This document shows, piece by piece, positions 24,216-36,660 of a stretch of DNA of 64,000 nt; positions within the stretch are counted from its first letter, which is position 1; every line of letters starts with the position of its first letter. This DNA is from Octopus vulgaris. Its lineage: Eukaryota. The notes beneath the pieces are model-generated. The model ran no database searches. It had not been told where the DNA came from and was given only the letters and a program-made list of their open reading frames with translations. Made by a program: the position numbers and the translations under genes. The stretch spans positions 58,342,001-58,406,000 of the forward strand of contig OX597821.1 in the NCBI GenBank assembly GCA_951406725.2, given 5' to 3'.

Positions 24216-27200
24216 GATATATATATATATATATATACGATGGGCTTCTTTCAGTTTCCGTCTACCAAATTCACCCACAAGGCTTTGGTCGGCCCGAGGC
24301 TATAGTAGAAGACACTTGCCCAAGGTGCCACGCAAAGGGACTGAACCCGGAACCATGTGGTTGGTAAGCAAGCTACTTACCACACAGCCACTCCTACAAC
24401 TATTCTCAATTTTTTTTCTCAATTATATTTTCCTATGGACCCCTTTCATACCCATTTTACTCAGGTCCCCCACACACACACATACACACACAGCCAATCG
24501 ATGTTTAAAATATCCTATCATATTTTTATAATTAAGTATTAGGAATTCTATTAAAAGAAATTGTTAAAATATTTTGTGTAATGTAGATGTATAACCAATT
24601 TGTTACACATATATTTTAACAATATCTTACGTGGACCCCCCCAAGGGCCATACGAGCACCGGTTGAAAACCACTGTACTGGAGTAACATAGGTCTTACGA
24701 AAGGAAAGATTTATATTACTAGAACGTATGGAATAGGGGTTAACCAAGTCTCAAAAATAAGCGGGAACGTTTAGAACTAACTTATGAAAATGCTTTGGAC
24801 AGGCAAAGGGTTAAAATTGACCATTAGCTACGCCAAAACAAAAACGGTGTCTCCTCCACATGATCACTTAACTGCTAGAAATAGCAACCAATTCCTACTC
24901 AAGTTACACTACCATCTCGAGAAAGGAAAAGACAGATAATGAATTCGTACAAAGCCCTGAAGAGAGGGTAAGGTCATGGTTGGAATGCCTTTGATCATAG
25001 GTCTGCTCAATCAGGTTTGACCTGGGACGAAATAAACGATCACAAAGGAACCTGATTATCGTCGTTTTGACGTCCACTTTTCCATGCTTGCACGGGTCGG
25101 ATGACGTTTTGTTGAAGCGGGTTTTCTTACCCTTAAGCAAAATGATGTTTCTCGCATAGCCAGACATGTTTTCGCACAATAATGGAAATGAATCACAACT
25201 ATATACAACAATCGTAAGATATCACGATAAGAAAAAGAAAAAGCACCACACGCACGTGCGTGCGAACGTGCACACATACATACTAACGAACTTCTTTCAG
25301 GCTCTATCTATCAAATCCACTCACAAGACTTGGTCGGCCCGTGGCTATTGTAAAAGACACTTGCCCCCAAGATTCCACGAAAAGGGACTGAACCCGAAAC
25401 CATGTAGTCGAGAAGCAAACCTGATAACCACACAGTCACGTCAGCTCCTGCTATGATTGGAACATAACTTAGATGATAAACGGTATCACCTTTGACCATT
25501 TTCAAGGCATCCAAGATTGATGAGAGGAAGGGAGGAAAGACAGATACAAAGGAATTGTCCCCCACACTGGATTCCGAGCTCGAAGTACGCTTGGCCTGCA
25601 ACAGAGTGCTCTCCGCTGAAGGTTCCCTAAAGACTAGTTGTTTATTACATCTCTTGTCCCACTCTGGAGTTTAAATTTCGCTGATATTTACATTATATTT
25701 AAAGATGAATCGATTAGCTGTTATTATCTTCCAGCTTATTTATTTTCGTAAAGAAAAAAAAAAGTAAATCAATACATGGGAGCAGTTTCCCATGGGGAAA
25801 TTATTATCAACGATATCGCATTTACGTTTATTTTCTTTAAGAAAACTAGCCTGGACTGGTAAATATTGATTTTTCCCTTGGGCATAAACAAGGTTTAACA
25901 TTTGTAAGTGGGACGAGTTGTTGCTTTATCGACCCTGGAAGGATTAAAGCTAAGCGGAAGAGTAGCGAGATTTGAATGCAGAAGTGAAAATGTCAACGAA
26001 AGAGACATTAAATGTGGTTACACAGCATTTTTCGCCTACTCGCTGTTTCATGGAAAACCTTACTTTAAATGATCGCTGCAATCTGTTAGAAATTACGACC
26101 TTATCTCTTTACAACCACGACCTTACTGTCTTAAAATACGGAAATGGTACTTTAGATAATATAGTTTCTACATTCTCCTGAAATATCATTGACCATAGCT
26201 TTATTTAATTAGGACTGAAACTCCGGGGAAAGATTTTGATTAATAACCAACGAACAAGTAGATAGATGGATAACCTTATCTATTAGGGGCATTTCGCCTT
26301 AATATGCCTTATATACTACATATTTAAAAAAATATGTCCAAGTATTTTCAGCTAAATTTAGATGGTCTAGAGAAGGCTACATTTCAAACAAGCTAAGTTG
26401 GACGTCATCTGAGACGTGTAATATAGGAAGTAAACTTAAAGTAGGTTACTCATAAAATAGATAAGATGCATACACACGTGCGCGCGAGCGCAATAGTTAT
26501 ATTTCTTCCAGAGTATGCTTTTCTCTTAAGACAACTGACCGAAGGTTCTCAACCAAGGTCCATATAAGATTTTGTTATTAAGCTTTAATATGCAATAAAT
26601 TGGTTATACTTCTATAATACACAAAATATTTCAACATGTTTTTTATACAATTCCTAATAATGCTTAATTATAAAAATACAATAGGATTTTTAAAACTTCT
26701 AATGGCTATAAGGATCCGTCTGAATAAAATAGGAATCAAAGGGGCTCCATAGATCAAAAACTGTGGAGAACCAATGAACTAAAATATATCGGAGTTATAT
26801 TCATTGTGTTTTATAAACGAGCCAGTAAAACAATATACTGTATGTGTATCAAATCGGTCGTTAGAGCGTGTGGTCCAATTTTAGTCTGAATTCGCTCTCA
26901 ACGTTTTCTAACTAATTGCACAATATAAGTTGAACGGGCAATAACGCAGAGAAGCTTCCGATATACTTAATAGTTTCAAATTTTGGCACAAAGCCAGCAG
27001 TTTTAAGGGCAGTCGATAAGTCGATTACATCGACTCCAGAGATTCAAATGGCATTTAATTTACCGACCTCGAAAGGATGAAAGGCAAAGTCAACCTTGGT
27101 GGAATTTGAACAAAGAATGTTGCTAGACATTTTCCCACCTCGCTAATTGCGATTCTGCCAGCTCACTGCATTCTACTTCCTGTATATTAAATACAAATGT

Positions 27201-27632
27201 AATAGGGACTCAAATATGTAACATAGTGAGTTAAATAAACAACTTCCTATATTACATATCTCGACCTACCTCTTGGTTGTATTAAAAAAAATCTACGCTC
27301 AAAAAACAAGGGAGATAATTTCAATAAAATCAGCAAATCGAAATATCTGAAGAATAATGATGATTCAATTAGGAGTGGATCTTCTCTTCAGAGACCAAAT
27401 GGTAAACAGCAACGGACATGTTTCGGTATTATTATACCTCTTCAGTGATGTTGATTAAACTCAGTTGGCAAAACTCAGAAGTAATCAGTATATATTGAAA
27501 TAAAGGGGATTAGTTTATAATGAGAATATTGTGTTGCTAAATACAAATTACCATAAAACTCTGTATATAATACGCACTTTTTACACAAAAAATTAAGATT
27601 AAACCAGGAGAGCAGGGAATACATAGTATATA

Positions 27633-28015
27633 GGCGTAGGCGTGGCTGTGTGGTAAGACGCTTGCTTCCCAACCACATGGTTCCAGGTTCGGTCCCACTG
27701 CATGACACCTTTGGGCAATCCTTCTACTATAGTCTCGGGCCAGCCAAAGCCTTGCGAGTGGCGAATGGATTTGTTAGAGGGAAACTGAAAGAAGCTAGTT
27801 ATGTGTGTGTGTGTGTGTGTGCGTTAGTTTTCCTCCACCATCGCTTAACAACCGTTGTTGGCGTGTTTACGTCCCCGTAACTTAGCGGTTCGACTAAAAG
27901 TGCCGATAGAATAAGTACTGGGGTTAGAAAGAATAACTCCTGGGGTCGATATGTGTCCGACTAAAGGCGGTGCTCCCGAATGGCCGCAGTCAAATGACTG
28001 AAACAAGAATAAAAG
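27633..28015 (+). mobile_element. tRNA-derived SINE, family A (reference copy; roughly 20 full or partial copies in the window)
   Basis: Head ggcgtaggcgtggctgtgtggtaag...ggttcggtccc, CORE-like cct(t)tgggcaa, TG tract, tail gactgaaacaagaataaaag. Other copies at about 590, 4780, 5390, 12125, 16920, 19500, 20620, 22540, 23805, 25290, 28100, 46180, 48000-48750, 50810, 61240, 61880, 62690 and 63935. Confidence 0.9.
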
Positions 28016-28373
28016 CATGTTCGCTCGGGAAGTATTTCTCACTCCACTTCTAACAAAACACACACACACACATTAAATAATGAAATACAGTTCGCTTTGC
28101 AAACACATAATTTGGGGTTCAGTCCCACTAAACGGCACCTTGGTCAAGCGTCTTCTCCTATAGCTGCGAGCCAACCAATACTTTGTGAGTGAATTTGGGA
28201 GAAAGAAATTGTGAGGAAGTCTATCGTGTGTGTGAGTGTTCAAGATTAATCAGCCGAAATTACTACGATGATCCGGTTCTTGACTGAAGACTGAGGGTTT
28301 CGAATGTCCTGTCCGTGTTTATTGTATCGTCTTCTAAGAGTTATACGTTCTTGTCCATGTTGTATTTTTCTAC

Positions 28374-28380
<7 letters not shown>

Positions 28381-28449
<69 letters not shown>

Positions 28450-28525
28450 TAGATAGATATATATAGATAGATAGATATATATAGATATATATATATATAT
28501 ATATATATATAGTGTGTGTGTGTGT
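28381..28525. repeat. (TA)n/(AGAT)n/(TG)n compound microsatellite
   Basis: Directly visible. Confidence 0.95.
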
Positions 28526-28888
28526 CTTTGAGTTTGTACGTGTCCCCCGCCACTGCTTGATAACCGGCCTTGATTTGTTTACGTCCCAATACATTAGCGG
28601 TTCAGGAAAGGACACCGACAGAATGAATGCCAGACATAAAAATACTGGGGTTGATTTGCTTGTCTAAGCCCTTCAAGGTGGTGTCCCAGCATGGACGCAG
28701 GCCAACTGTATTACAGTAGATTATCTGCACATGTAGCAGTTGTATACATGGTAATTTAGGGTTTTGAGACATTTTAGGCCCGAAAATCGCAATGCGACAG
28801 GACTTTTTCCCGGTAACTATTGTTGTTAGAATGCATATCATCCTTGGTTGAGAAATATATGATGAAAGGTTTTCCCAACCGTCAACAT

Positions 28889-29332
28889 CCATACAGTATT
28901 TACATTATTTACATTTGACGGATATTTGTCCTCATCTTGTTTGTTGTTAACACAATGTTTCGGCTGATACACCCTCCAGCCTTCATCAGGTGTCTTGAAG
29001 AAATTTCGAATCTGGGTTCTCATTCCTAAGGTATTTTTTCGATGTTTTTATTATTCAGGTCACTGCTTGGAATCGAACTCTTAACCACTACGCTACTAAC
29101 CCCAAGATTCCGAGTTCGATTCCAAGCAGTGACCCGAATAATAATAATAATAACAACAACAACAACAACATCGAAAAATACCTTAAGAATGAGAACCCAG
29201 GTTCGAAATTTCCCCAAGGCACTTGATGAAGGCTGGAGGGTATGTCAGCCGAAACGTTGTGTTAACAAGAAACAAGATGAGGACAAATATCCGTCAAATG
29301 TAAATAATTCCTCATCTCTCAAATAAAGAACT
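28889..29332. mobile_element. Inverted dimer of a tRNA-headed, hammerhead-containing Penelope-like element
   Basis: Arms about 28905-29070 and 29110-29307 are reverse complements. HHR motifs at 28950-28993 (-) and 29219-29262 (+); B-box gagttcgattcc on both sides of the centre. Flanking direct repeat gtcaacat (28881-28888, 29333-29340). Confidence 0.8.
28950..28993 (-). ncRNA. Minimal type I hammerhead ribozyme motif (Penelope-type)
   Basis: acac-CTGATGA-a-ggctg-gagggtgtat-cagcc-GAAA-ca-TT-gtgt. The mirror copy has the palindromic GAAACGTT but a TTGATGA core. Confidence 0.7.
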
Positions 29333-31989
29333 GTCAACATTTATATTGTCTTTTATTCGGACACAGTGTATCGAAGACTATGTTATCCAGTGTGTCCTAT
29401 ATTTGAGATACATGATGTGATATGAGGAAAGTTTGACTGCTATTTTCAGCTGATAGAATGACCACATAACTTTTTAGTTGGTTCAAACTAGTAGTGAAAG
29501 GAGTTAATACGAGATGAAAAATAATCATGGAAGGCGATTGTTCTTATCATTTTATCACGAATATTGAGCTATCCCAGTGTGCGGTGGCTAAAAAGACATA
29601 ACTGACATTTCGGAGTGAATCCTTTATCAGCAAATAGTAGGATTTTAATTAACATGATACAAGTTGAAGTGAATAATTAACAATTATCTCCATTATTAAT
29701 TCCCATACTTCACAGAGGGAGCAAACCCGATGTTATTTTCGGAGCGGTTACTGTTCAGCCCTTAACCTTTGATCGAGCAAAACCTATGACCAAAGAGGTT
29801 CCAGCCTTGACCATCGCATTTGTTTACTCAATGAGTCCTTCCGTTTGTTTTTGTTGTTGTTTTTTATGACGAAAGGATGTGATCTGAGGGAGATTATCGT
29901 GCTATATCTAGCATGTCGAACGACCGCGTTGAGACATCTCTTGCAGGTTTGGTCATAATAGCAGCAGTACCGGTAATAGAAGCAATAATGGATCTTGAAA
30001 GTGTTTAGTTACAAAAATTATTTTTTTAAATCTGTACGTCAAACGTACAATAATACAAAGATAAACAAATAAATAAATAAATACTAGCTTAAAAGTAACT
30101 ATAGTAACTAACGACTGTCACCTGCAAACTACTTCGGTAAACACCAATCTATTATTTATTATTATTACTACTACTACTACTACGACGACGACGACGACGA
30201 AAATCAACAGCTCATAAAACAGTAATAATCAAATTATATGACCTTTGACATTCAGGCACACACACTGACATAAAGACACGTGTTTTTCTTGGTTGAGTGG
30301 GGAGCTATTTTATTCTCCCCTTCTTTTTTAGAACAGGAATATATGATACATAAGAACTACAACTCGCAACTCGAAGTTTTTTAATTAACTCAAATGAGTT
30401 CCTGCGAACTAAATTCACACAACTCGACTGGCTTTGATTTTTTTTATCGTAATCATTTTACCTGATTACATCATTAATGCCATCGAGGAGACATGATCGC
30501 TGAACCTGCAGTATGTAGTAACCAAATCTTTCTCAAATTACACCGTATCGTCTTTCAAAAATAAATTTTATCTGTTAATAAAAACCATATCGGATACACT
30601 ATGCTTGAAAAAATATCGAAGATTGTTTCGGGTGGATGCTCCTAATCAATGGACTTACCTAATCAGGACCAAATTAAGGCTTAAACACGAGCAACGAAAC
30701 CTAATGTAATACGATAGAAAAAGCAAGCAAATCACAGCCTACTATATTCTTGACCTAAAAATCAGACTCAAAAATGAAAATAAGCAATTTTGCTTGATAG
30801 GTAGTGTTTCCTTATAAACACAGTTATTGATTATAAGCAACCGATTGATTTAGTTCATCATATTGCTGGTAACTATTCAATTAAACCGCTTTCATGCCAG
30901 AAAAATATAACAATATCAGTCAGAACGAGATATGAACTAAAGAATCAGGAGGGTCGAAAGTTTGCCATTGTAAACAATTTGGTAAACGGAACCGTTTGGG
31001 ACAATCTGGTTCCTGAGAAGTATCCAAATCTAGAGACACAAACATGATATACGTAGGAGCCCCTGGAAGCGCAGCTATGTGGTCATTCGACCTACTAAAA
31101 ACAACAGCCAAATCTCACTTGTATCACACCCTACAGATAATGTATTCTTAAGTGCACGCTGCAGTTGAATAAAAAGATGAGGTCACGATAGGAACATATT
31201 TGATGATAAATCTGCTCAGTTCGAGCTGACCTGAAGCAAAATAACATGAGCAACTATATATATATATATATAATCAGGTAAACAATTGTGTTTACAAACT
31301 AGATTTTTTAAAACATACTCGATATGAGTTTTATATTGGTAAAGACGGGGAGAGAGATTAGCGTAACTTGGGGCACACTCACTGTACATGTATACATAGA
31401 CGATATGCAAACATGAACGAAACTAAAGCTCCACTGATGTTTTCCACACTACTTTAAATTACTACTACAAACTACTGGGTTGAGTTAAAATGGGGCTACA
31501 AATCAACATTATTGATCGGCTGGGTAGACGGACTACATATAACGCAATCAACTGTTTCCAACATCGCACTGAGTAAGTTGCGAATAAAAAAAATTTAAAG
31601 ATTTATTGAGCTTGAACTAGGATAAATAATGGGAGAGAGATAAATCGAATGCAGACGGGTGTGTAGCTCAAACTAATACACAAAAATTACAAAACTACAC
31701 GCGGAGGAAAATAAATACTTTACTTAAGCAACCAACTGATAGTCTAAAGTACAAGCGCATTGAAAGAGTGTACAATGGTGGCTTCCCAGATTGACAACGC
31801 AATTATTAGGTCTCTTTCACTATCGTCCTTATAACATTCTGTTAGATAAACTCTGCTGCGCTATTATTGCATTACAGAAATATATATATATATACAGAAG
31901 TAGTACTCACACAAAACGAGAAAAATGAGTAGCAACGGGGTGAAATAAGGTTATACCCAAATGCATGTATTGAGTACTATTTTTCAGTA

Positions 31990-32029
<40 letters not shown>

Positions 32030-33641
32030 TGTGTTTAGTGCTGACTGTCGAAAAAAGGAGTACTCAACTACCATTATATATTTATTTTGGTCGAGTCAGT
32101 GTCTTACTACTCTGAGTTTCGCCTCTAGGTGCACCAGGTGCAAGTTACGACTCCATGCGCATATATGTACGCGTGCATACACCTATATATAAATATATAT
32201 ATATATATATTAAATATATAATATATACTGCTCTACATCTTCGAGTGTGCTTCTTTCGGATTTGTTTTCTACAAACGATATATATATATATTATGGTTGT
32301 GTTTTGACTCCTACGCATGTGTGCATTAAAGGTGTACAATTAATTAATACACCATAAGTGCAAAAGATAAGATAAATAAGTCCACCACTACTAAACGATC
32401 TCGTTTCCTTCCCTTTTAATAAATTAATGATGCGACGGTTCCAATCCGGTCCCTTTTCATGTCTATCCTGCGCTGAACTGAATAACGGCATTAATGAAAA
32501 TGTAATTAAGTGAAATCTCATACGGCATGCTATTTTAGTTAGTCTTACAGTTGCAGTGTCTAGTTGGCAACTAACATTAGACTACAATATGTTGCCGTAG
32601 TATAGACAGAATAGACGTTGCGAAAGTATACAGAACACAAAAACATGCACACAAAATCACGGACTTAACGGGAGCACAATACAGAGAAGATACTATACTT
32701 ATGTATGTATATATATATATATATATATACTACATACGATGGGTTCTATTCGACTCCGATACACATTACGCACACGTTGTTAGCGACATAAACGGTGAAA
32801 GAGATAGAGAGAGAGAGAAAGCATGTAGTGTATGTCGAGTCACACCCTTCCACATCACAAACACTACTGTGTGTTGTGCTTAGTTGCAGTTGCTGGAATG
32901 CATGCTGTTTTATCGAGTATGGATTTAGTAACACACTCAACTATGTGACCAACGAACTAGATTATCGGCGAACAAGCAGCAGTCGTTGCCAACCCGACTA
33001 AACTGAACTGGACACAAAATCAGGGACTCTCTGTTTCTTTCAGAAACCATTGCAATTATTTTCGACTCTTTACGAAACATATTGAATCTAATTCTACTTA
33101 AAATCTTTCAAAGAAACGTTGAAAATAAGTTTAGAATTGCAATATAACGCATAACCCAAACAAGATAGTGTAGTTTGGATTTCTTTTCTTTTTTTCTCTC
33201 TCGTTATTTATATTTCTGCTGCTTCTATTTTGGTATTTTTACTCATTAAAACAGTGACTATTGGTGCTTAATTGTGTCCTTACTATGCTGTATGTATGTA
33301 CATGTGAAAATGTGTATGTGTATGCGTGCACACAAGTGATCCTTAAGAAATAATAAAATATTAAAAGAGGGAAGGGTGGTAGATGTTTTTTTCCCCCCAG
33401 AGACGAGTGCGTGCTGCCGAATATGGCCGAAGGAATGGAAGGTGCGATGTCCAGAAATGAACTACAGCAGGTGTATGAATCTGCGTGCATATGTAGCATA
33501 CCACCAACAAACATGAGACATCATCGAGAATCCAGATACATCAACAATATACTGTCACCCCAAACCCAATTCTTGATAAGTAATTCGAGCGACTGAATCA
33601 TTTGGTTATCATTAAAACACCAGAACTGTACTTTGTGTATG

Positions 33642-33679
<38 letters not shown>

Positions 33680-34662
33680 TATATATAGTCTTAACGAATT
33701 GGATATAGAGAGAGAAAGAAAGGTGGGTATGTATGATAAATAGGTAAATGTAAACAGATCAGTTTTACAAAACTGAAAGAAAAACAAAAGCCTTAGTCTT
33801 AAGTTGGAATCTAAAGTCTGCAGGACGGAGAGAATGAGAGAGAGAGAGAGAAGGAAATATAATGGAAACATGCAGAAAGAATAGTAAGTAAATAAAATAA
33901 TGACAAGAACTAAAAGAATACGTAGAAAGGGGATAGAAAGAAAATAGGTAAAGAGAAAATAGTATAATGACAAGAAATAAAAGAATATGTGAAAATGAGA
34001 TAGAAAGAAAATAGATTCATAAGAGAGGAGGGATAGAAAGAGAGGGGAGTGAAAGGGAAAGAGTATTAGTTATGAGAGAGTGTGTGCCTGCGTATGTGCG
34101 TTTGTAAAAGAGGGAAGTAGAGCGAGTAAGAGTAGCAAGCAAAATATGGCGGATGGAGAGAAAAGAACAAAGGATGAAATAGCAAGTAGGTCATAGCAAT
34201 GTTTGTGGATAGAAAAGTAAAGGGATTCCCAAAATTGTGGACACCATTCATTAGCCTCTTGTTTCTTTTCCTTTTATATCCACCACCTCCGGAGCCCTAT
34301 AGTGGAGAAAACATGTTAGACTACATGGAGAGGGGTGAGGTTTCATTTACGACCTACCGTAGTCGTGTGTTAGTGGCAGGTTAAGAGAGCTTCTCTGGTG
34401 ATCGTAGCACGAAGCGGATGCCAACTCCACGACAGCTAAATATACAAACAAAAACAAGGCCTTCAGTTCTATTTTGGAAGAAGTGACTACCGACTGGAAT
34501 GAACATCCAACCGTTTCCTCTGTCTTTACTAAGTCCGTTTATCAGCAGATGGAGATCCTAACAAGAGAGACGGGCTTACAGATAGAAAAGGTTTCGAGAC
34601 AAACGTATACACACAGTCGGGCATAGTAGCTCCATAAGTGCTACTATAGAGCTATCGCCCAC

Positions 34663-34673
34663 CATGAACAGCT
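34663..34673 (-). CDS. Candidate 11-nt microexon (SCS+) of an unidentified minus-strand gene
   Basis: Minus: ctgactatttttatttag|AGCTGTTCATG|gtgggc. Branch-like CTGAC and a weak donor; 11+28 nt restores the frame between the ATG exon and the 24-nt exon. Confidence 0.3.
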
Positions 34674-34814
34674 CTAAATAAAAATAGTCAGGGTCCGGTG
34701 GCAGATAAGTATACAAACAAACATGCATATACACACGTAGTAAAAACATATGGGGGTGTGTGGAAATTTAGTTTTTCTCTCGATAGCAAAAAAAAAACAA
34801 AAATGCAGACTTAC

Positions 34815-34817
34815 CAT
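34815..34817 (-). CDS. Initiator ATG at the 3' end of a probable first exon (pyrimidine-rich 5'UTR to about 35325)
   Basis: Minus: ...ctacaacaatccgaATG|GTAAGTctgc is a perfect donor, preceded by about 500 nt of CT-rich unique sequence in a CpG-retaining region. Confidence 0.5.
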
Positions 34818-35289
34818 TCGGATTGTTGTAGTTAAAGCAAACGAGGTGAATACAAGCAGACGGAAGGAAGAGGAGAATAGAAAGACAGAGCTAGAAACAT
34901 ATAGACGGAGAGAGAGAAGGGGAAATAGTGAGGGAGAAATAACAGATATAAGCAGATTTAGTAAGAGGAGAGGTAAAGAAAAGGCGATAGAATTAGACAG
35001 AGTGAGAGAAAAGAGGAATGAAATCTCACTTGAAGCAAGTGTAGAAGAGGAGGATGAACACTAGGAGAGAGGATAAAAAGGGGGCGGAGGAATAAGAGAT
35101 AGATAGATAGAGTAAACAGACGAAGATAGTGACAGCAGTGGCGTAATCTAGGCTGATTGAAAGAAACAGGAAGAGAAGAGAAGAGAGGGTTGTAGTGAGA
35201 GGAATGTGTGTAGCGAAGGTAGCAATAAATGTAGTGACAAGTATAAGGGCAAATGTAGGAGGATCAGAGGTATGAGTCGAGCAAGAGAC

Positions 35290-35360
35290 AGAGACGGAAG
35301 TAGTTGGATTTCTGCGTGCTGAGTGAAACAGCTTTAAATGATTCTATTAATATAAAAAAA
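35290..35360 (-). promoter_or_regulatory. Putative core promoter of the minus-strand gene
   Basis: Minus: TATA-like tttatattaata (about 35345-35356), Inr-like TCACTC (35321-35326), ETS-like CGGAAGT at 35295-35301. Confidence 0.3.
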
Positions 35361-36059
35361 CACTTTAGATCGTAGTATTAGTGCACCCCCTAGTTAGTTT
35401 ATAACAATAGTACTTGTATTTCATCTACTAAAAGAACGAAAGTTTATAGAATCGCAGTATGGTACAAGAGGCATTATCTGAATTCTGAAAAAATAAAAGC
35501 CATTTGATTTAAAGTTATTAAAAATAGAGTAAAAGTAAGGAAAATACGAAGCAACGATTAAGCTATGAATCTGATTTGGGAATGTATCGACATGGAAGCG
35601 ATCCGCACAAGAAATAAACAGCCAAGAACTATTGATCATGCAGGTAAATGAATTTCAACAAGTGAAGGAACATCAAGCTTTTAGGTGGATTCTTATTTTC
35701 ATCATCGCCACCGTTAGTAACCAAAAATATATTTCAAAACTGCTTCAAAATAGGTTACTTAGAATCTGGCGACAGTGTCCAAACAAAAATAATGTAATAA
35801 ACTTTTAAAATGTTCTTCTAAACAGTAAAATATTCGGTGTTTGTTTTTTTGTTATATGTTAATCCAAATGAAAAGTATTCGGTTGAAAAGCTAGTTATTT
35901 GATATATTACATCAAACAAGCCAAAATATTTTTCAGGGATTATAGTATAGGCCTAAATAAAACTATATGTAACGAAGCGAAAATCCTGAACTTGCGTTAG
36001 CTAAATACAAATTAAAAAGTAAACTGAAGTTTTTTTTCTTAAATTACATCTAGTTATGT

Positions 36060-36660
36060 TAAACTTTTTTTTTCAAACGAATGCTTGGTTTCGACCGACG
36101 AATCCACCTTCGCCCTCAATGCTTCAGCTGAGATTCCGACTGGGCCTTGTGCTTTCCCGTTTCTCATGTTGAGGACTGCTTTCTGTATTTTCTCCTCGTG
36201 TTGGAATCTGTTCCGGAACATAATGACAGTTTTGCTGTACACGTGTGAAATGGTGAGTTGCAAAGCTCTCCTTCGACAAGCTCCAAACGTTTGTGGATAG
36301 TTGTCTCCGGAACACCCTTCAGGTGAGATGGCAGGATAAACAAAATCTTGTGGAAACAGGCGATCCAGCAACCTATCGAAAACCCAGATCAAGAAGGAGT
36401 AATGGGATTGGCTGGGACACATCCTACAGTGACTTGTCTCCAACTTTAAAAGGCAAGCCTCTTGAATTACACACCAAAGGAGGCGAAAGCGTGGCTGACC
36501 AAAAACAGCATGGGAAAGATTCACAGAAACTGAAGCACACTGGCAGGTGGCTACACATGGGAACATCTGCAATCCATTGCAAAAAAAAAAAAGATAGACG
36601 GATAGAGATTTCTTAGTAGCATTATATGTTCTACATGGAGTCAAAGGAATTAAGGTGTTG
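36060..36660. mobile_element. RTE LINE remnant with an inverted 5' part
   Basis: 36060-36290 (-) encodes EEKIQKAVLNMRNGKAQGPVGISAEALRA (pre-RT KAPGPDGI-like motif). 36290-36660 (+) encodes a degenerate C-terminal WDWLGHIL...RRKRG.PK..W. Confidence 0.65.

Noticed and set aside
32291-32521. 76-aa ORF with a signal-peptide-like start (MRFHLITFSLMPLFSSA)
   Set aside because: No family resemblance or supporting splice structure; within the chance range for AT-rich DNA.
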